Positions 38,286-49,484 of a stretch of DNA of 64,000 nucleotides are shown in pieces. Numbering within the stretch: position 1 is the first letter of the stretch; the number at the start of each line of letters is the position of its first letter. Position numbers and translations under genes: made by a program. The stretch is taken from NCBI RefSeq assembly GCF_902459465.1, contig NC_047064.1, forward strand, positions 3,906,001 to 3,970,000, read 5' to 3'. Under the pieces are notes generated by a model that had not been told where the DNA came from, did no database searches, and saw nothing but the letters and a program-made list of their open reading frames with translations. The stretch is from Asterias rubens (Eukaryota).

Positions 38286-38489
38286 AAGACTACATTGTCG
38301 GCCGGCCGGCTATAGGCTAGGCGCGGCCTAGTCCTATACTAATGTATAGGTACATGCTTAGTAGGTATGTGTAAAGTTACAGCCGAATACATTGTCAGGG
38401 TCAACAATTCACTCAATTAGCCAATTTTCTAAAAAGAAAGATTTTCAGTGACAAAGAGTATAGTGCCAGCATGAAGTTCGGTTTGTGGA

Positions 38490-38680
38490 AACCGGAATTT
38501 ACACGTGTCAACTAAACTTATCGTAAACACACTCGATGACGAGGTTGATCTTTTGCATGAACTGCACGTTTTTAAATGTGTCACTCGATCGCTCAGTAGA
38601 TAGTCTGGCTCATTGATTATATTTATTGGATGAGCTTGTATCTATCAAGCGTTGGGTACCAGACCTAAGCTACACGTGCA
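38490..38680 (+). promoter_or_regulatory. NIFK proximal promoter with two canonical E-boxes and an ETS-like site
   Basis: CACGTG at 38502-38507 and 38673-38678; ACCGGAA at 38491-38497. Confidence 0.4.
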
Positions 38681-38706
38681 GTTTTGCAAGGTGAAAATCG
38701 TCAAAA

Positions 38707-41700
38707 ATGGCTCTACTGGATGAAAATGATGCCGAAATGTTGGCTCCAGACTTTTCCGATGATGAGCAGGGGAAAAAGAAGAGGGTTAGAAGAAAGAGGT
38801 CGAAGAAAGTGGTAAGTAAAATTATAATTTCATATTGCGATAAAGAATAGAAATATAATGGCAACAACAACACGACTGACCATTCAACAAAATTGTGTGT
38901 TAAACTTTTAAAGGCCGTGTGTTAACACTAACAGTAAGCATGGTAGGGGTGAGTAGAAGTTAGTCAGGTAGTGTCACTCAGTCTCATTGCTCATGTCATC
39001 ATGGAGGTACGTTACTGAATTCCTTGTTACTTCTAGAAACAATAAAAGGCTCCCCCGTGAGTAGAAAACTAGAAGTAGTATGACAGTGTATATCGATATC
39101 ATTATCAAGCAAGGGAAAGAGAAACATGTTTCGCTACTTTTGGAATCCTGCCAGCCACCATTTCTTCACTCATTTTGACAAAAAGGAATATCTCTTGATG
39201 ACAGTAGTATTTTATTTCATAGAATGAAACAAAAAGTGGTGGTACGCAGGATTTGAAAACTTTTGCAACTTTCAGTATCCAAATCCTGCCACCATCTTTT
39301 CATTCGTTTTGAAACATATTAAATTGGTGGAAAAGTTTCCGTATGGCGCCACCACTTTTTCATTCGATATGAAATAATGTAGTATCTAATTTACCTCAAT
39401 GAGATATCCCTTTTTGTAAAAATGAGTGAAAAAGTGGTGGCGCCATACGGAAAGTTATCCAAATTGGTATCTAAATGCCCACTATTTGACCTCCAGGACT
39501 GATGGGTGCTTTATCTCATTGTCCGTATGTGAGTCAGATTTGCGTGTCCAAGGACCCACCTGAGGCAAAATATATACTCTTTTTGTACATTTCTTACTTC
39601 TTTCTTTGTACTTGAAAAGATAGCCAATTCCCAAGCGTGTCACTAGACTAGACTATGTTATCTCGTCAGGGACAGGGTTTATAGTTTAGCAGTTGTTAAG
39701 CCGAACATCGTCAAAACCAAGAATGATATGGAATTTTGGAACTTTGGGTTAGTCTTTATTACGTTTATTGGAAGATGTCATTAAACATTTGAATTAACAA
39801 GAACACATTTAATGCAAACTAGCAAAAATCTTGACAGACTTAACCTTGACTTTTTTTATTTCATGGTACATGTATGTGTTGCCAAAGGTTGCTGGCTTTA
39901 ATTTATGTTCTAGTTTCATTTTCATCATTGTCTTGCTCATTGTTTGATTGTATTGTTGTCTGAATAAATCATGTTAATAACAAAAGTTGTCATGATTTAG
40001 ATTTGTTTATTGACACTTGCTATTTATTTATATAGCAAAGGCAACAGCATCTGTGAAGATAGTTGCAATAATGTACAGTAACCCTCCTCACGACGACGGC
40101 GGCGAATGAGGGTTACGTTATCGCAACTACTTTTAAGAAGAAATAAAGAGAGAGCAACTTGAACTTAGGTAAATAATGCTTAAGAGACATATCTCTCTAG
40201 TAAAACAAAATATTGTTTTGATTCTTAGAAGGAAGAAGATCTTGACATGAGCGGTGAGCCAGAAGAACGGGGTGTGGTCTACCTAAGTCACATCCCCCAT
40301 GGATTCTACGAACCTCAGATGATATCGTTCTTTGAACAGTTTGGCAAAGTCACCAGATGTAAACTGTGGAGAAGTAAAAAGGTAATTAATTGTTTGTCAG
40401 GTCTTAGAGAGGTAATAAAGACGATTGCCTCCATGCCCCTGGTCATTGCCTTGATGCCCTTGGAAAGCTCCAGTAGAAATTTACAATTTCCTCATAGGGT
40501 GCCCTTTACCAAGGAGAAAATACCTTTGTGCCCTCGCCCTTTCCAAAAGAATACAGGCCTGCAGGATCATAGTTTATGACTGTCATTTATGTTTGCTTGT
40601 TAAATAGTTAGTATTTTCTGTGACATATTTTTTATTGGTCATGTATTAATTGCTGCTAAATTGTATGATTTGGTGGTTTAGAGTTGATTATCTGTGCATT
40701 TTAAGACCATGTTTACTTTAATGCATGTTTTAATGTTTTACCAAAACTATCTTTTTTGTGTTGTGATGTTTAGTTTTATTGATGGATACTTCTGTTGTTA
40801 TTGCTTTGATAATTCTGAGAATGTTTTTAATGCAGCTATTATTGAAACTATCCTGTGGTTGCTAGTAATAATAATAATAATACCAATATTGCAAATGGAA
40901 TCGTCCAAAGTGTTTACTGTGACCATTTGTTGAAACTTTGATGGCTCTTACAAATTGATTCATACTTTTATTTGTTTTCAGACCGGCAAGTCAAGGGGCT
41001 ATGCCTATATTGAGTTCGAGTACATTGATGTCGCCAAGATAGTCGCTGATACCATGAACAACTACCTCATGTTCCAAAAGCTGCTCAAATGTAAGAAATG
41101 TTCAGTCATCAATTTAAAAATAATGAGGAAATAACGTTTCTTTATTTAAAGGGAATGTACACTTTTGGTAGTTGTCAAAGACCAGTGTTCTTACTTGGTG
41201 TAATCTCAACATATGCATAAAATAACAAGCCGGTGAAAATTTGAGCTCAACACTGGTCATCGGAGTTGGGAGAAAATGATGAAAGAAAAAACACCCTTGT
41301 TGTACGAATTTGTGTGCTTTCAGATAGGAATAAAAGACTTCTAGCTAGAAGTCTTTTATTATTGTAGTGAGAAATTACCTCTATTTCAAAATCTGTGCTA
41401 CTTCAGAGGGAGCCGTTTCTAACAATGTTTTATACTATCAACAGCTCTCCAATGCTCGTTACCAAGTCAGTTTTTAATTTATTATTTGTTTTGAGTAATT
41501 ACCAACCTAACTAATCTTGTTTGTTACCTTTAACTTCAGGTAAATTCATCCCGAAAAAGGATCTGGTTGCTAAAGCCTTCAGTCAGTGTGACAGACATTT
41601 TGTGAAGCCATTTCATCGCGAACGCTCGGCCAAACGCCACAACAGTCTACTTGTGTCTGGTGAATCCCGCATCCTGAAGAATCAGAAACGACTTGTCCAG

Positions 41701-43229
41701 ATGGAGGGACGTCGCATGAAGAAGATGGCAGCCTTAGGGATTGAATACAAACCAACCGGATATGTAAGTCTACTTCAGGAAACTGTTGAGCTAAACAGTA
41801 AGCCAAGTCAGACTTGAAAAATGTTATGTCCACAAGTTACCTCTTAAATTTGAATTCCTTAGACTTTCGAGATAGTTGGGTACATGTATAGTTATGGAAG
41901 AGACGGCGAACACCCACGCACAAGTATGAATGAATGTGTATGGCACAATGAGACAGGATGAGATTAACCACAGATTTATTGCCCAGTGTTTTAATGAATC
42001 AGAGTTTGGCAAACTTATTTTCGAAACTGTATTTGTCGTTTGTATAGGCAGATGAGTGGGAGGACATCAAGAAAGCCAAGAACGTGATCCACGAGAAGAG
42101 ACGTGTGGAGGAACTGCTCACCAAAGAGATCACGATGAGGAAGGAGGCAGCCTTGAAAAAAGCCAAGCATAAAGCCCACCTTCTCTCCAAGAAGCGAAGA
42201 ATCGGCAAGAAGCTGAGACGCAAAGAAGAGAAGGAGAAAGCTGCAGCCGCAGAGAAGCCTGAGGAGCCAAAGACGGAGACCCCTGATGCAGTCACCCCTA
42301 AGTACCCTAAACGTAAGTCTCTGGATGCGGTCTCGGGGGAAGTCGACCAGCAACCACTGAAGAAAAAGGGAAGAACCTCCACTCTGTCTACCCCTGCCCA
42401 AAAGTTGGCGTCTCCCGCTCCAAAAGATGAAGTGAAAGCCGCATCACCTGCCGTAAAAAGCAGTAGAAGAAGTAGCCGAAGATCCGTGAAGGGTGATGCT
42501 GCTGCACCGACATCCCCTGAGAAGGAGGTTGGCTGCAAAACGCCAAAACCTAAAACCCAAGGTTCTAAGACGCCCAGTTCTAAGACGCCAATTTCTAAGA
42601 CGCCCAAGACCATCAAAGAAGCTTCATCAACATCTGTGAAGGATGATGCTGCTGCACCGACATCCCCTAAGAAGGAGGTAAGCTCCAAAACGCCTAAACC
42701 TAAAACCCCAGGTTCTAAGACACCAAGTTCTAAGACGCCAAGTTCTAAGACGCCCAAGACCATCAAAGAAGCTTCATCAACCCCTGGGAGAAAAGTTGCT
42801 ACCCCGTCCCAAGCTGTTTCCAAACTGTCTGTTGAAGATTCCCCCGAGCCCAAGATGGTGAAGAAGACCCCGAGGAGTTCGCGGAGAGGAAGGACACCCA
42901 GAAAAGGACTCTCTCTCGATTCAGAAGCCACCAGCGACTCAGATTCTGGGAAACCAAAAGTGATGGAGTTTGCCGGAATCAAGCTCCAAGTATCAGATAC
43001 CCCAGAAGTAGAACTCAAAACACCAAAAGCATCAAAGGCCAAGACTCCGAAAACAGCCATCAAGGGAAGTTCTAAGAAAATCGCACAGATTGAAGAGCTT
43101 GAAGGTAACATGACACCAAAAGTTCCTACAAGCAGTAAGAAAGGTGCCAGCGCCAAGAAGAGTGCCAAGAAGAGTGCCAAGAAGATGACAGAGATCAACA
43201 TCCCAGAAGCATCAGTGTTATTATTTTGA
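38707..43229 (+). CDS. NIFK: MKI67 FHA domain-interacting nucleolar phosphoprotein (Nop15-like RRM protein) with a long Lys/Ser/Thr/Pro-rich C-terminal extension, ~590 aa; exons 38707-38811, 40229-40381, 40982-41090, 41540-41763, 42048-43229
   Basis: In-frame join of 1773 nt. RRM reads [78 protein letters not shown], followed by [10 protein letters not shown], typical of NIFK/Nop15. Confidence 0.93.
39336..39461. mobile_element. TTTCCGTATGGCGCCACCACTTTTTCA-ended palindromic element; half copy at 8509-8573, decayed copies at 39149-39310
   Basis: 27-bp inverted arms; the 8509-8573 segment is the reverse complement of 39397-39461. Confidence 0.75.
41146..41506 (+). mobile_element. MITE family A copy in NIFK intron 3
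   Basis: ttaaagggaatgtacacttttggtagttgtcaaagacc ... gagtaattaccaa. Confidence 0.8.
42483..42782 (+). repeat. Coding tandem duplication, 2 x 150 bp (50 aa), in the NIFK tail
   Basis: [50 protein letters not shown] / [50 protein letters not shown]. Confidence 0.95.
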
Positions 43230-44038
43230 AAAAAGTAATACTTAAATAATCAAAACAACTTTTTTTTTAATGATCATTGAAAAGTCAATTTATGAAATTA
43301 ATTCATTTTTTGATTTTGTTTGTTTGTCAAACTCATAAAAACAAACATGTACTCTGTATGAAGTTGTCACTTTTTATGCAAATTGAAAATACCTAAACTT
43401 TTGGTGAGGATTTTGTTTCCTTTTTTTTTCAGAGTTTCAACGAACTTAACATTTTACATTATTTCATGTAGAGAATACAATTTAAGGTCTCCACAAATGA
43501 TTATCTGGATTTCCTAATATCCTGAATTGTGTTGTTTAGCATCAATGTTGTAGCTCAAATTTGGTTCAAACATTGAGTTTTACATTTGTTGTGGTGTAGA
43601 GAGAGTCTGTAAATCCTCAGAATGGTAAGAATTACTATTATTACCATAAGAAATGAGAAAAGAAAAGCCATTTTTGTTTTCTTTTTTTCTTTTTTTTCAG
43701 CATGTGTCAATGCTCTGTCTTTAATAAAGTTCTAAATAATTACTTATGCATTTTATGATTTTGTCAACAAAAATTTGCAGCAATATCCAACATGTAATGG
43801 GACACCATATTTATTTTTATATCTGTGCTGCAGCAGAAAATACCACAAGATTTCTTGTTTTGAATTTGGTGGCTGATACCATTTGACATTGTCGAACGAG
43901 GCAAGCTACTCTGTGAATGTTGAATCCATAAATCTCCCTCATGGATTAGTTTGTTTGAAAGTTGGCTAGTCTTTGCCAAGACGATGATATACTGATATAG
44001 GGTATGTTTTTCTCAGTTTCTTTTTTTATTGTTTCTAA

Positions 44039-44426
44039 TTAAACACTGGACACTGGACACTATTGGTAATTACTCCAAATAATTGCTAGCATAAAAACTT
44101 ACATGGTAACAAGCAATGGAGAGCTTTTGATAGTATAAAACATTGTGAGAAATGGCTCCCTCTGAAGTAATGTTGTTTTCGAGAAAGAAGTAATTTTCCA
44201 CGAATTTGATTGTGAGACCTCAGAATTGGATTTTGAGGGCCCGAAATCAAGCATCTGAAAGCACACAACTTCGTCGAGGATGATTTTTCTTCCATTATTA
44301 TCTTGCAACTTTGACGACCAATTGAGTTCAAATTCTCCCAGGTTTGTTATTTTGTGCATATGTTGAGATACACCAAGTGAGAAGACTGGTCTTTGACAAT
44401 TACCAAAGGTGTCCAGTGCCTTTGAA
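44039..44426 (-). mobile_element. MITE family A copy (reverse orientation)
   Basis: Reverse complement of the family A body, with both terminal repeats present. Confidence 0.85.
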
Positions 44427-45724
44427 TTCCATTTACAAGTTTGTATTCATAATATACAAAAACTTTTTATGATTAATTTGTGGAAAACAAAATTTTGTTC
44501 TCTATTAATTCTTAAATTGTCAAGTAAATTTTAATATTACGTTCAATTATTAAGCTTTTTGAACACCTGTACTGTGTTCTCACTTTTAAGGAAAATAAAG
44601 ATACATGTTGTAAATACTTGTGTGCTTGGAAAGGTGGTATACAAAGAATATTTTACTGTGTCCATTAACATTTGGAACAATGCCTTAGAGTAATCATTGT
44701 AAAATTCGCCTCGTAAATGCTTACTATTTAATTCATGGTTAAATTTTTTTATTTTTTTTATTTTGAAGTTTACTTACATGCATGGTTATTTTTTTTTTTT
44801 GGGGGGGGGGTGTATGTGATGATTTTGACTTTCATTTGCCTCTGTGTCCACATTTTTGACACAAATTTTAGGAGTTTTCCTTATTGTCAAGTCGGTGACT
44901 AAATTTGTAGAGCAACTGTATACATTTCTTCTCTAAAAAAAATTGGAAAATAAAAATAGGTTTAGAAAAGCTGCCGGGAAAAAATGGTCTGAAATAGATT
45001 GAGAACAGAGAAAAAGAGTGGTCCTAGTGGATGCTTCTGCCACAATTTGAGGGGGGAGGGGGGGGGGGGCACACGAAACTCCAAAATTTGCTTTGATGCC
45101 CTGTACTATGGGATGGGCAGCATCAACAACACTGGGGGACGCGTCCGGACGCCTGCCCTTCAAGGCGAGTAGGACAATGCGAGCTCGCTGTGTGCAATAC
45201 AGATAGACTTGATACAAAACATTGAAAAAGAAGAACACAATTAAATATGATAAAGAAACTAACAATGAAAAGAATTGTCAAAGTTGGCGTACAATAGTCG
45301 GGCAGTTGTAGAATTGTTGTCATCTCGCATTTATCAGCCGTGTTTTTTTGTGCTAGCAGATTTCATGAAGAAACACTTTGAGCGTGATGTAGGCCTATAT
45401 CTGAGATGAGTCAATTTTTCACTTTGAGAACATCTTGGGAACTAAATACTGTTTTTGGCTGAAAAATGTAAATTTCATGAATTTTGGTATTATGAAAATT
45501 TGGCATTCCTCCCACCAGCTCCCTATGCTGTTCATAAATTTCTCGGAATTAGAATTCATCAAAAAGGCGCTGAAAATACAAGAATAACGCAATAATCCAG
45601 CCTGTGGCACCGTGTTTCCCCCTCCATGGACAAATTTATTATTGCGCGCGGCGTGCAGCCCCGATACCTCGACCACCCTATGAGAACGAGGTTGAAAAAC
45701 ACGGTGACACGAAATACTCGGGCT

Positions 45725-45784
45725 TATTTATAAATAGTTGGTGGTTCGTGGCACGTTCCTCCAGTGTACGTGTGTCTTGGCAAC
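45725..45784 (+). promoter_or_regulatory. Candidate forkhead/TATA palindrome plus RFX X-box upstream of MDH1B
   Basis: TATTTATAAATA (45725-45736) gives RYAAAYA on both strands. GTGTCTTGGCAAC (45772-45784) lies 22 nt before the ATG. Confidence 0.45.
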
Positions 45785-45805
45785 ACACTACACATTGTCA
45801 ACAAC

Positions 45806-48800
45806 ATGACGAAGTTGGTGATAGCAGGTAAGTTAAATACCGTAATTTTACACACTTTAGACACATCAGTGAAAATTTAAAGTTTTTATATCGATTAAAT
45901 ATGTATTAGGGCATAGTTGAACTGGTATAATTTGGTCGTCCTGTGTAAAATATCGCCTGAATCATTTGAAAAAGTTGCTAGCCCAATTTCCGGACATTAC
46001 CTTTTTTCACAGTTTTCTGATAGATGAATAAATGGATCTTTTAAATACTACGGCTAAAACTACTTTGATTATTATTGACTTCAGTTTCTTAGTTGGTGAT
46101 GGCCTGCCAAGGTAGTTTCCCCGTAGTTTCATTTATTTAAAATGTTTCATTTGTTAAAAAGTTAAATTAAAGTCATTTTGTTTGGGGTTTGGTGTGTGGC
46201 CGTGTGGGTGATTTGTGGCCTTTTAAATGATTTTTTAAAACTAATTTAATAATATATAGGGAAATAAAGTTTAGAAAATCATAAATGGTCTGATTTCCAT
46301 CTTGTGACTATGGAGTCACAATATTCGTGATGCATATAGATAAATATACTACCCCATGTTTGGAATGACCCCATCATGCTGATCAAATCATGATGTCATT
46401 GACCAGCCAAACTGGGGGAGGGGGGAGTGGGGGAATTTTTGCATAAAACAACCAATGAAATATGCACCCCTCCGTCCGGCCATAGCCTTGCCAAATAATG
46501 ACATTTTAAATCACGTAGAAGGCCTATAGTAATTCATTTTTTTTTTTCATTTTTTTTTTTTACATTTTTTTTATGGGGGCATTAGGGCTGTAGTTTTCTG
46601 TTTGTCAGTTCAGTTATTCTTTAAACAAATATTTTCTCAGTCTCACCTATAATTGTCTCTTTAATTCCCATTCTCAATAGGTCATGCTGATTGCCCCTAC
46701 TATGCCCGGGCTGAACTTCTTGCGGATGATCTGAAGATCAATCTGCCCAGTTTTAGTGTCCACAAAATTGTCAAACATCCAAAAGAATGGGAGGTAAAAA
46801 TTTAGGCTTGGCATTCATGGATTAATATTAAACAGTTTGTAAACTGTTTTTAAATTGGTGAGGTTTGCGGGAGCATCATGTGTGAATTTCTTTTGATTGA
46901 GTAGGTTCTGAAAAGAACCCGTGGTTGACAAGTCAACATTTCAATGAGTATGCTCTGATTTTCTTCAGGAGAATGCTGGACTTTGTTGCTTGATCCTGCT
47001 GAAGACGATCAGAGCATTGTGAATTTGTGATCGTCAAAACTTTGAGTTGTCAACCACTGGTTGTCTTCAGAACCAACACTGCTTTAAAGAGATTTACACA
47101 TGGTGCACCTAGTTATCTTTCCACCATGCAAAGTTTAAAATCCCACTCTTTCAATTGTTTCTATATTACCAAAACATATCAAGTGTCTAAGTTCCAACGA
47201 CCAGATCTTTTTTTTTATCCCAATGTCATGGCTACTGAATGCAAGAATTTCAGAGAGGTTAGTCAACTCAAAAGATGTTAAGATAATTTGTAATTTAATG
47301 ATTTACTGTATTTTTTACAGCCGTGGCTTCAGCAGCTGTGTAAGAAGAATGGCTGGGGCCATCGCAAGTCTCCCATCGTATGGCGAGAGCTCATCGACCG
47401 AGGTGGGAAAGGCGTTCTCATCGGAGGCTCCAATGAATTCCAGGAGTACGCCAGCGGCTACTACGGGATCACATCCAAGCAGATGAGTACCGATATGACC
47501 AAGATTGCCGGCGAGAATATCGAGACTAAACTGCTCGTCGACGCCGAGGAAGAACACGAGAGAAGTCTGAGTAAGCCCCTGCATGTTTGCATCACCAACG
47601 CTGCAAGCCCTGTTGCGTACCACATGCTGCGTGAGATAGCTCAGGGTGACGTGCTCGGCAAGGGCACCGAGGTTTCCATAAAGCTACTGACAGAACCCGA
47701 CTGTATCAAAACAGTTGAGGGTATGAAAATGGAAATGGAGGACTTGGCTTGCCCTCTCCTTCGTAACATCGTACTGACTACGGATGTGAAACATGCCTTC
47801 AAGGATGCGAGTGCCATCATCTTTTTGGATGAGATTGCGCAATCAGAGGATATGGAGAAGGCGGAGTGGCTGAGACAAAATGCTGAGGTGTACACAGAGT
47901 ACGCTAAAGTATTGAACAATACGGCACTACCAGACGTCAAGGTGATTGTGGCCGGCACAGGTCCGCTGAACTTCAACGCTTTCATACTCGGACATTTCAC
48001 CCCTTCCATTCTGAGACAGAATGTCGTAGCCCTAGCACGCCTTGAAGAGAATCATGCTAAGTCGGCCATCGCCAGACGCATCAAGGTCAAAACGGCCGGG
48101 GTCATGAACCTCGTGATCTGGGGCAACATTGGCGGAACAACGCACACCGATCTGAAGAAAGCAAAAGTGCGGGGTTGCGACGGCGCCATTTGGGGTCCGC
48201 CATTTTACTCTAGGCCAGTTGGTGAAATGGTCCATGATGACAAGTGGCTGCAAACGGAATACCTCGAGGGATTGAAGACATATAAGGAAACTATAGAGGG
48301 AGCCCTTAAACACCGCGCAGCATTCTCTGAAGCTCACTCTATCATTAGTCTTCTGACAGACTGGTGGAATGGCTCAAAGGGAGACAACTTGTATTCTCTT
48401 GGTGTCCTGTCTGAAGGTAAATTTTATTTATCTTTTTTTTCCACAAAACACTAATTCACAAAGATGTAGTCTCCACAAATTTTAAACAGGTATACTGGTG
48501 TAACAGCAGTAGCCAGGTGGAAAAATATGAAAAGAGAGAGACAGAAGTGTACAGTACCCGGAAAAACCAATGGATGAAGGATGTCTCCTTTTTCATTTGT
48601 TCATTTGTTGCCTTTTCTGTGTGCTTTTTTCCCTCTCTCTCTTTTCACTTATTTCTGCTTGATTGCTTTTGTTACACCAGTATACATGTTCATGTGTTGT
48701 GTTGCCATTTAGCGTTTGAGAAAGGCTAGAGTCAAAATGTCTGGCCATTTAATATTGTTTTCATGTACATACAATTTGACTTTTTTAGCTGAACATGTAA

Positions 48801-49484
48801 AGTGACACTATGGGCAAGTTAGATCAGCGACAGCGACCATTATTTTGTCAACCCTAGTCAATGTTCCATGGCTACCTTCCTATCTCATGAAATACCTCTT
48901 GTTTATCAGGCAAACATTGCTCAGAGATTGAAAGTTAGTCAACTATAGTCCCTAGGATGAGCTTGCTCTAGATTTGCTCTTCCAATAACTCATGCCTGCA
49001 AAATGAAGTTGTACAAATTCATATTTTGTGCACATTTTAAAGTTTTAATTTTACAAACAAAACTCAATTTGAACTTGATGCAGGTTGGTACGATCTCCCA
49101 GAAGGCATTGTGTTCTCCCTGCCCGTCAAGTTCCAGAAAGGAAACTGGGAGGTCGCTCAAGACATCAACATCAGCGAAGACGTCCACAAGACGCTCAAGT
49201 CGATTGCCGAGGAGCTCATTAAGGAGAAGGAAGTCATCTTCCCTCCTCCACGGGTCTCCCCGCCTCCTGGGGTAGAAGAGGTTAGTGATGAGAGCGAGAA
49301 GAAAGTGTTTGGAACGGACGAGATGGGAGAAGCAGGAAAGGAGAATGGAGAGATAAATGAGCAGAGTGGGGAGGGTGTGACGAAGGAGGATGGACCATTG
49401 TCTAAGATTCCTGAGGAGTCGGAGGTGGACAGTAAGGAAGGGGAGAAAACAACAGAAACAGAGAAATCAGGAGAAGAAGCCTAA
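45806..49484 (+). CDS. MDH1B: Putative malate dehydrogenase 1B (likely pseudoenzyme), 543 aa; exons 45806-45827, 46681-46793, 47321-48416, 49084-49484
   Basis: In-frame join of 1632 nt. Contains [101 protein letters not shown]; these match the MDH1B family rather than MDH1. Confidence 0.95.
46861..47078. mobile_element. Inverted pair of decayed hammerhead-headed elements in MDH1B intron 2
   Basis: Minus strand CTGAAGA...cagagcatac...GAAATGTT (about 46930-46970) and plus strand CTGAAGACGATCAGAGCAT...GATCGTCAAAAC (46999-47040). Mirrored flanks: ggttctgaaaagaacc.gtggttgacaa / ttgtcaaccactggttgtcttcagaacc. Confidence 0.5.

Noticed and set aside
39489-39566. Possible box C/D snoRNA in NIFK intron 1 (CTGATGG ... 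CTGA)
   Set aside because: Box C has two mismatches and I could not identify an rRNA-complementary guide.
41999-43201. 400-aa minus-strand ORF (hydrophobic, Leu/Val/Gly-rich)
   Set aside because: Antisense shadow of the low-complexity Lys/Thr/Pro NIFK exon; such codons lack stops on the opposite strand.
44933-45265. Minus-strand ORF or exon with a pyrimidine-rich acceptor at about 45188
   Set aside because: No donor or homology recognised; it runs through a G homopolymer. At most a divergent non-coding transcript.
9837-49484. Malate-aspartate shuttle cluster (aralar plus an MDH-like gene)
   Set aside because: MDH1B lacks the catalytic His and substrate Arg residues, two unrelated genes intervene, and shared ancestral linkage explains the proximity.
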